DNA from: a bacterium UBP6_UBA1196
GTDB taxonomy: Bacteria > UBP6 > UBA1177
DNA length: 54,054 bases
Reading direction: 5' to 3'
NCBI GenBank assembly: GCA_002310035.1
Contig: DBYC01000053.1
Coordinates: 1 to 54,054, forward strand
In this document: positions 37,101-44,124 of the stretch, piece after piece
Position numbering within the stretch: position 1 is the stretch's first letter
Layout of the letters: the number at the start of each line of letters is the position of its first letter
Notes under the pieces: model-generated
Databases searched by the model: none
Seen by the model: the letters and a program-made list of their open reading frames with translations, nothing else
What the model was told of the DNA's origin: nothing
Translations under genes and position numbers: made by a program

Positions 37101-38311
37101 GATATGTTCTGAATTATGTAGATTCTGCACAGAAACCTGCCGCAAGAACTCTTTTCAATTCTTATTCCGATGAAACAGGAATATATTTTGTCGGCGGCGG
37201 AAACAGCGACGGCAACAGTGTTGAAGTAAAGCGCGATATTTGGAAGTTTGATGCCGAAAACGGCTGGCAGGTTGTAAATGCCGACACGGGAAAAGATCTT
37301 TTCAAAGTTTTCATCAGAAGAAACGATGACAAACTCCTGCTTGTTGATCAGGAAACTCTTGAAGGAAATATCGCCAAATATTCAACCATTGATTTGAACA
37401 GCGGATTTGTTGCTGAAGAAGGTCTTATTCAGATTGACGGAGTTTCCAACTTCATAAATCCCAAACCGTGTCTTGATGCTGATTCAACCTCTTTCTGGCA
37501 GGGCTTCAACATGGGCGAATTTTGTATCAGATTTACAGATCCAGAATACGCTATTTCCAATGTAAAAACAATGGTTTATGCTCTTAACGGATTTGGAAAA
37601 TATCTTTTTGCCGCTACCGGAAACGGAGTAATTGTCTACGACATTTCCGACCCGATAAATCCAATTTTTAAGAGCAAAATTCATCTTTTCGGATCAGTCA
37701 GAGACATAAAAGTCGAAGACACAAGAATTTTTGCCGCTGTCGGTAATGGAATCGATGTTTTGAAATTTGACGGCTCGCAATTTAATCTCGAAAAGCACAT
37801 TCCGACTTACGGAGACAGCGCGTCAATCAGAAAATATGGAAAATATCTCATAATCGGTGACGGACACGGACTGAAAAAACTCGATTCCGAAACCTTGAAA
37901 ATTGTGCAAAAAGTCCAAACTTCTGGCGATGTTTCGACACTTGTAGTAAAAGACGGAATAATTCATCTTTACGATTGGACTGGTCTCAAAAGGTATGATG
38001 CGGAAACTTTTGAAAAAATTCCAACAACTCTCAGTTATAAGTTTGCCCCGAAACTCGCTCTCACAATAGACAACAGAATTTTGGTTGCATTCGGCGGCAA
38101 AGTTTATGAGTTGACCTACAACGGCAAAAAGCCAGTTTACACATTGAAAAAAGGCGACATCAACAATTTCGCGGAAGGTTACGCATACAACGGCTATGCT
38201 TATTTCCCGAAAGGAAACAAAATAAGAATTGCAACAATGACAGAAATTGATTTGTCTGCTGGAAATGCAGCTGTTGAAGAAAATGATGAAACAAGTGACG
38301 GCTGGTTTTAA
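34175..38311 (+). CDS. 1378-aa secreted protein with thrombospondin type-3 (Ca-binding) repeats and C-terminal LVIVD-type beta-propeller repeats
   Basis: Signal peptide [23 protein letters not shown]. TSP3 run [41 protein letters not shown], plus [14 protein letters not shown]. LVIVD-like [17 protein letters not shown] and GNGIDVLKF near the C-terminus. Confidence 0.85.
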   Translation: [1378 protein letters not shown]

Positions 38312-39921
38312 TGGAGACCAAAATGAAGAAATATTCAATAATTTTAATGCTTTTTGCGACATTTTTGTTCTTCTCGTGCTCTTCAAAAAGCGACTCAAAA
38401 AACGATTCCGACACAATTCCAGATACAGACACGGATTCGCAGGATTCAGAAGCGTTCGACAATGATTCTGACTCGCAAGATTCCAATTTTATTGATGATT
38501 TTGATACTGACGATAATGAAACCGATGATTCAGACAGCGACACCGATGAGCCGCTTGATGTTGATTATCAGGGTGCGGAAGATTGTCCTAAGCTTTCCGA
38601 AGCCAAATTTCCATACTACAACGATGACAAATCCATCCATTTCTGTCGTAAATGCGACACACCAACGGTAAAAGATCCTCAATGTATGGAAAATCTTTGG
38701 AAAGAAGCTGCAGCCAAACTTTATGCAACTTCACCAGAATCAGATTGCAAAGGCGGATATCCGTGTGAAATGCCGGATTTAATTCCGCAAACAATAGATG
38801 ATTGGATGTTTTTGGAAGAAAAAATAAATCACAAATTTCCGTATCGTCCACATGAATGCGATTTAATTCTTGATGCAAATTTAACTTCATCAGAAGGTAA
38901 TTGGGTAAGTGATGAAACAGCTGGTTCTTTTAAACACTTCAATATAAGTGACGGAAAAATAGGGATCAAATTGAAGAATATTTCTACGAAACTGGAGAAT
39001 TATACCACAACATCAAAAGTAATGATCTACGACCCTGTTGAAAAAAAATATAAGGCAATTGCTCCGATGTATGCAGATGAACTTGCTTATCACAAAGGAT
39101 GCTTTCTCTATATGGGAGTCGATTTCCGATTTGCTACTTATAGCAATAGATATCTTTTCTATGCCTGCGAAGACGGCTCGAGAAGAGTTGTTTATCCAAG
39201 GAAAATCAACTTTCTCTCATATACCCCAGCACTTAGTGAAAAGTGGGCTATTGCAAACATTCAGGAAGAAGACGGTGGTGCAAAATATACCATGTATGCC
39301 AAGGTTGGGGAATGGAAATGGACGAAATTGATGAATGGACTTTCGTATGGGGTTCAAATTGTGAATAACAAAGTTGTTTTTTACGATGATAATTTTAAAG
39401 CATACTACTGTGATTTATCGAAAAATCCACAAAGTACAGAAAATTGCATTTTAGTAAATGAAACGGAAAATGAAGAAATTAGAACCCCAGTAATAAATGA
39501 AGATGATGAAACGGAAATAATTTATGAATCGGATATTTCTGAAAAAATATCAATGAAACGCTTAAAAATAGGTTCTGACGGTAAAAAAGAATATTCATTG
39601 ATTCTTTCCAAGCATGAATCCGCAGACGATGTTTGGAAAGGCGGCGGATTTGTGATAAAAAAAGTAACTAAGAAATTTATTTTTTACAATGAATCTTTAT
39701 ATGGAAATGATGAAATTGACAGTAATGCCTGTTTCCATAACCGATTGAAGACAAAAACTTTCTGCATGAAAAAAGTTGATGGAATGAAAAAATACTATTT
39801 CGGTTATAGCGAATGGGAAGGAAAATGGCTTCTTTACCAATTCAGAGGTGTTGCATTGCAAGCTGTCCGAGATTTGAACTGTTATTGTGAAAAAGAAAGC
39901 GTTTGTCCGTTTGCGGAATAG
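38311..39921 (+). CDS. secreted Cys-rich paralog-family lipoprotein, copy B (function unknown)
   Basis: ATG overlaps the stop of the 1378-aa gene (TAATG). Lipobox LFFSC|SSK. Collinear with copy A (FPYYN...FCRKCDTPTVKDPQC, MYAKVGEWKW, EGKWLLYQ...CYCEKESVCPFAE). Confidence 0.8.
   Translation: METKMKKYSIILMLFATFLFFSCSSKSDSKNDSDTIPDTDTDSQDSEAFDNDSDSQDSNFIDDFDTDDNETDDSDSDTDEPLDVDYQGAEDCPKLSEAKFPYYNDDKSIHFCRKCDTPTVKDPQCMENLWKEAAAKLYATSPESDCKGGYPCEMPDLIPQTIDDWMFLEEKINHKFPYRPHECDLILDANLTSSEGNWVSDETAGSFKHFNISDGKIGIKLKNISTKLENYTTTSKVMIYDPVEKKYKAIAPMYADELAYHKGCFLYMGVDFRFATYSNRYLFYACEDGSRRVVYPRKINFLSYTPALSEKWAIANIQEEDGGAKYTMYAKVGEWKWTKLMNGLSYGVQIVNNKVVFYDDNFKAYYCDLSKNPQSTENCILVNETENEEIRTPVINEDDETEIIYESDISEKISMKRLKIGSDGKKEYSLILSKHESADDVWKGGGFVIKKVTKKFIFYNESLYGNDEIDSNACFHNRLKTKTFCMKKVDGMKKYYFGYSEWEGKWLLYQFRGVALQAVRDLNCYCEKESVCPFAE
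38458..38500 (+). repeat. 43-nt segment identical to 32730..32772
   Basis: See 32730..32772. Confidence 0.9.
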
Positions 39922-39948
39922 GGATTTTAATCATAAAAGGAGGAGAAA

Positions 39949-40464
39949 ATGAAAAAATTGATGATGCTTTTGATTGTTTTTTCGATGTTTTTGACTGTTG
40001 CATGCAACAAGAAGACGATTAAGGGAACGGACATCGAGGAAACGCCTGACTCCACTGAGATTCTGGAGATATGGGCTCACTATCAGAAAGGGTTCCAGGA
40101 ACAGAATCCTGATATTTATCTGGAGTATGTTTCAAAGAATTACTACGACACAAACGGAACGGATGAGGCTGTCGACGATGTAGATTACGACAAACTGGTC
40201 GAGATCCTGCATTCCGATGCCTACAACAGTCTGGAAAAAGTTTATGTGACTTTTGTAGTGAAAGATCTTCAGTTCATTAACGAGGACAAGGCTGAGCTGA
40301 TTTATTTTTTCGAGGTGCGTTTTAAGATGAAAAGTTCTCTGCCGCCGTCTGAGGAGAACGCTTTCATACAGCCTGACGGCATGGTAAATCAGAAAATTTC
40401 CGAAAACAACAAGATGAAGTTCGTCAAGGAAGACGGAAAGTGGAAGATTGTGAGCGGTCTTTAG
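39949..40464 (+). CDS. small lipoprotein, possibly NTF2/SnoaL-like fold (hypothetical)
   Basis: AAGGAGGAG RBS and lipobox FLTVAC|NKK; 171 aa. The fold guess is from size and pattern only. Confidence 0.6.
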   Translation: MKKLMMLLIVFSMFLTVACNKKTIKGTDIEETPDSTEILEIWAHYQKGFQEQNPDIYLEYVSKNYYDTNGTDEAVDDVDYDKLVEILHSDAYNSLEKVYVTFVVKDLQFINEDKAELIYFFEVRFKMKSSLPPSEENAFIQPDGMVNQKISENNKMKFVKEDGKWKIVSGL

Positions 40465-41381
40465 ACAAAGATCCTTTTAGTTAATATTATTCCGATTATC
40501 AGAATCAGCGAAACAGCCGAAAAAACAACCGGGAAAAAGCGGTTGCCGGGCAGGTTAGTCCCTTTTTTACAGAAAATTGCCGACATCACCAATGTGGTGA
40601 AGAGGATCGTAAGAAGAATGAAATCGGCGGCATTCAGAGGCTTGAAATTTAATGAGATCCCGAAAAGAATGACTAGCGCGCCAAGGACCGTCGCCGCTAA
40701 AGTGATGAGCAGCGGTTTTAAATCGCGCTTGAAAAGCGTAATGATTTCGGGAAGAAAACAGATGGAGAACGCCAGGATCATCGCTGTGAAATAGACAAGC
40801 GAAAGAAAAACATGGTTTTTGAAAATTGTATGAATCGGAAAGTATGCTTTTGTTCTCGGATAAACACCGAAAAGCTGTAAACCTGCAAGAAACATACTGC
40901 CGTAAAAGCCGACTATTATGCTTGCAAGCGTTCTTAAAACACTGCGCGATACGATGTAGCTCAAAACCGCGAAAATAACTAGCAGGGCGAGCATTTCAAA
41001 GAAAAAGAAACTGTCCTGTTCACTGAATTTGTAGAGCGTGAAAATGTCGAAAAGGACTTTCGAAAAGTCGCCGCGCAGATACTGAAGTTTGATCGGAGTT
41101 TCTTCGATCCATGCATGAATGATCGGAATGAAGATCACAGGACTGAAAAGTGCGAGGTATTTGATTTTTTCAGCTTTCAGGCCGAGAATGTAGCGGGCGC
41201 ACAAAGCGAAATAGAAAAAAACGAAAGTGAACCACGAACAGTGATGTGTTACCACGAAATATGCAAAATAAGATCTTTTGGCAAATACGGCCGTTTCAAG
41301 ATAAACTCTTGAAAATATTACAATAAAGAGGAAAGTAAAAAGAAGTATCTCTGCGATTTTCGAAAATTTTTCGTTTTTCAT
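40461..41381 (-). CDS. polytopic integral membrane protein (about 8-9 TM), unknown family
   Basis: ORF 40461..41426. The ATG at 41381 (MKNEKFSKIAEILLF...) lies just after the upstream stop (41386-41388). Hydrophobic throughout. Confidence 0.65.
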   Translation of the reverse strand: MKNEKFSKIAEILLFTFLFIVIFSRVYLETAVFAKRSYFAYFVVTHHCSWFTFVFFYFALCARYILGLKAEKIKYLALFSPVIFIPIIHAWIEETPIKLQYLRGDFSKVLFDIFTLYKFSEQDSFFFFEMLALLVIFAVLSYIVSRSVLRTLASIIVGFYGSMFLAGLQLFGVYPRTKAYFPIHTIFKNHVFLSLVYFTAMILAFSICFLPEIITLFKRDLKPLLITLAATVLGALVILFGISLNFKPLNAADFILLTILFTTLVMSAIFCKKGTNLPGNRFFPVVFSAVSLILIIGIILTKRIFV

Positions 41382-41385
41382 GGTT

Positions 41386-42072
41386 TTAAAGCTCGACAGT
41401 TGTTTCCTGAAGAAGAAGGGCGACATTCTGCATGGCCGGAATTTCCGCTTTCAGTTCTTTGACAAGCTCTTCCGAAGTCGATTTCGGCTTCATTTTGATG
41501 TGATAGGCGTATTCAAGCCTTTCTCCGACCGCGATTTCCTTCAGGGTGATGAGTGCGAAGACTTTGCAGTGCTTTTTCAGTATCCCGGCCATTTTTTCGA
41601 TTTCAAGCTCGTCGCTGCCGATGTTGAAGCGCAGGATCCCGTCAAAGTATGAAACCTTGCTGAGCTGCGAGAAATAGAGGATGAAAGCGGCGATGTTGAA
41701 AAGGAGGATACCGACAAAAGCCATAAAATACGCTCCTACGCCGCACGCGATCCCCCCTGCAAGTGCCGCAAACATGAAGACGATGTCGCGTGAATCCTTG
41801 AAATTCGTTCTGAAACGGATGATAGAAAGTGCACCGAGCGTGCCGATCCCTGTGGCAACGCTGTCACCTATCGCATGCATTACCATAGCCGTTATGATCG
41901 AAACGAGCATCAGAGCCTGCACGAAATTCCGCGAATATGAAAGGCCGCGGAAAGTCTTGATGTAGGTGAGTCCCACCGACACCGAAAGGATGAAGGCAAG
42001 AGCTGCAGAAAAAATGACGCTCAGCGACGAAAGCGACGATGAAGAAAGGTTGTTAGTCAGAAAATCACTCAT
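41386..42072 (-). CDS. DUF4956-domain membrane protein
   Basis: The start at MSDFLTNN overlaps the VTC gene stop (ATGAGTGA). Hallmark GTLGALSIIRFRTNFKDSRDIVFMFAALAGGIACGVG. Confidence 0.8.
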   Translation of the reverse strand: MSDFLTNNLSSSSLSSLSVIFSAALAFILSVSVGLTYIKTFRGLSYSRNFVQALMLVSIITAMVMHAIGDSVATGIGTLGALSIIRFRTNFKDSRDIVFMFAALAGGIACGVGAYFMAFVGILLFNIAAFILYFSQLSKVSYFDGILRFNIGSDELEIEKMAGILKKHCKVFALITLKEIAVGERLEYAYHIKMKPKSTSEELVKELKAEIPAMQNVALLLQETTVEL

Positions 42073-42886
42073 ATATTTCTCCCTGATCAAAAACATTATA
42101 CCAGACATTTTCAGGTCTGTTGTTCGTTAGGATACGCATCATTCCGTATCTGAATTTTGAAAAGGCGGCGCGTTTGAGGTCAAAAGTTTTTACAAGATCG
42201 ACCATCCACAGCGGAAGGTGTGAAACCTGCCCTTTCAGTTCGAGAATGCAGTGGGCATCGTGCCTGAAGATCGTTGTCGTGTCGTAACTTTCCATTCTTT
42301 TCGGATCGGGCGAAACATTGAAACTGCGTTCTTCGGCACACTGGAGATTGGCGTCAAAAGTGACTCTTGCGTATTCATCAGTTTCGCTTATCCACGCCAT
42401 CCTGTCATACTGAGTTATGATCTGCGGCTGGGCGTTGTAGGAAAGGGCAAGCGACTGGAACATATCCATATTTTTCGCGTCAAGTCCCGAAAAACCGAGT
42501 TCTGAGGAAGCATGCGGCGAGTAAAAAAGTCTTTCGGTTTCGCCTGATTTGACTTTCACGCGGAATTTCTGCCTGTTTTCGCCGAGTTTGCACTTGATTT
42601 CCCAGAAATAGGGCGGTTCAGGGTTTTCGCCGTAGGAACGTATCCGCATGTTGAAGCGTCTTTCTTTCTGGGAGAGCCTGTTTTTAAGAAAAGTGTGAAA
42701 AGGCGAATCAAAATAAAGGTTGTTTATACGGTAGAACCCGCTCGGCGACATCTCCGAATACTTGTCAAGAAAGCAGTAAGCTTTGACGAAGTCGGAAATC
42801 GGGCTGATCATCGAGCGAGGAATGTGGTATTTGAATTCAAAACGCTGCAGAACGGAAGGGATGTCGTTTTGATTGTGCAAAGCCAT
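42065..42886 (-). CDS. VTC-domain (polyphosphate polymerase-type, CYTH-like triphosphate tunnel) protein
   Basis: N-terminal RFEFKYHIP and alternating charged beta-strand pattern (RIRSY, WEIKCK, RVTFD, ILELK) typical of bacterial VTC-domain proteins; 273 aa. Confidence 0.75.
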   Translation of the reverse strand: MALHNQNDIPSVLQRFEFKYHIPRSMISPISDFVKAYCFLDKYSEMSPSGFYRINNLYFDSPFHTFLKNRLSQKERRFNMRIRSYGENPEPPYFWEIKCKLGENRQKFRVKVKSGETERLFYSPHASSELGFSGLDAKNMDMFQSLALSYNAQPQIITQYDRMAWISETDEYARVTFDANLQCAEERSFNVSPDPKRMESYDTTTIFRHDAHCILELKGQVSHLPLWMVDLVKTFDLKRAAFSKFRYGMMRILTNNRPENVWYNVFDQGEIYE

Positions 42887-44124
42887 TATTCATTTTTCCC
42901 GTTCAGAAAGTTGCCGGCTGATTCGTCCTCGTAGATGCCTAGAAGATATGCAAGATTTATGTATTTTTCGTAGATCTTAAGCTCAAGTTCAGCCAGTTTC
43001 AGATCTTTTTTCAGGATTTTCTCTTTCAGTTTGATGACCATCATCGGGTTCAAGCCCTCTATTGACGAATATTTGGCAAAAATGTTGCTCTTTTCCCCTT
43101 CCTCTTTCCTTTTGGAGAGCATTTTGTACTGTTTTATCTCCCGTTTCAGCATCAGAAGAGCAGTCCGGATCTCCGCTTCCCTGATGCGTCTCTGCGTTTC
43201 GAACCCCAGATCCTGTTCCATCATTTTCAGTTTCTTTTTCACAATCGACGACTGGTTGTTTTTAAATCCCGGGATCGAGATCGCAAAACCTATCGAAAAT
43301 CCGCGCGATGGCTTGTCGCTGCGGTGGTCAGTGTCGTATTCGAGAGCTATGTATTTCAGCCAGTCGCGCTCTTTCGCCTCTTCAAGCGCGATTTCGTTCT
43401 GCGCGACTATCGAACGCAGAGTCTGGTAATCGTTCCCGGCTTTAGATGCGCCGTGGATTTCGGAGAGTGATTCGGCGAATTTTTCAATTTCATCGACCGA
43501 GACGATTTTTTCTCTTTCGAAAACAGGCGTTTTGTCTTCTCCGAGTTCGCTTTTTATTGCGGCTTCTATCGATTCGACAGTCGATTCAAGCTCGATCTGA
43601 CGCATTTCGATCTCGGTTATTTTGTCGTCGGTATCCATTTTGTCGATTTCGGTCATTTCACCTGTGATTTCGCCCATTTTCGTGGTGACAGCGAGCTTGT
43701 CGTAAAGAAGTTCGCGCATCGAAGCGACAATTTTCAGCTCTTTTTTGTGCTGGATATAAGTGACGATCGCACTGTATCTTTCAAAGAGGACTTCGGAACG
43801 GGCCGATGTGTATTCGAGTTTGTGAAGATTCTGCATGTTTTTTATAAATTCGCGCGAAGATTTTGTCTCGCCGAACCCTTTGAAATAGAGCCTGAGAGCG
43901 TATTTCTGCTCCATAATGTCGAAATTTCCGGTTTCGCTTCTGAACTCAAGCCTTTTTATTCCCGGCGTGTCGGCGGAATTTTCCAGAGAATCGGACATCG
44001 CCTTTTTCGATTTGAGGCGCGGATCGTCTTTCGCCGCTTCGATGTACTGGGCAATCGTCAGATCTTCACAGAAAAGGGACGAGAAGAGGAAAAATGTTAA
44101 AAAAACAGAGAAAAACTTTTTCAT
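42886..44124 (-). CDS. TolC/OEP-like outer membrane factor (tentative)
   Basis: Signal peptide MKKFFSVFLTFFLFSSLFC, OEP-like start EDLTIAQYIEAAKDDPRLKS, 412 aa, coiled-coil-rich, immediately downstream of an HlyD-type adaptor. Confidence 0.45.
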   Translation of the reverse strand: MKKFFSVFLTFFLFSSLFCEDLTIAQYIEAAKDDPRLKSKKAMSDSLENSADTPGIKRLEFRSETGNFDIMEQKYALRLYFKGFGETKSSREFIKNMQNLHKLEYTSARSEVLFERYSAIVTYIQHKKELKIVASMRELLYDKLAVTTKMGEITGEMTEIDKMDTDDKITEIEMRQIELESTVESIEAAIKSELGEDKTPVFEREKIVSVDEIEKFAESLSEIHGASKAGNDYQTLRSIVAQNEIALEEAKERDWLKYIALEYDTDHRSDKPSRGFSIGFAISIPGFKNNQSSIVKKKLKMMEQDLGFETQRRIREAEIRTALLMLKREIKQYKMLSKRKEEGEKSNIFAKYSSIEGLNPMMVIKLKEKILKKDLKLAELELKIYEKYINLAYLLGIYEDESAGNFLNGKNE

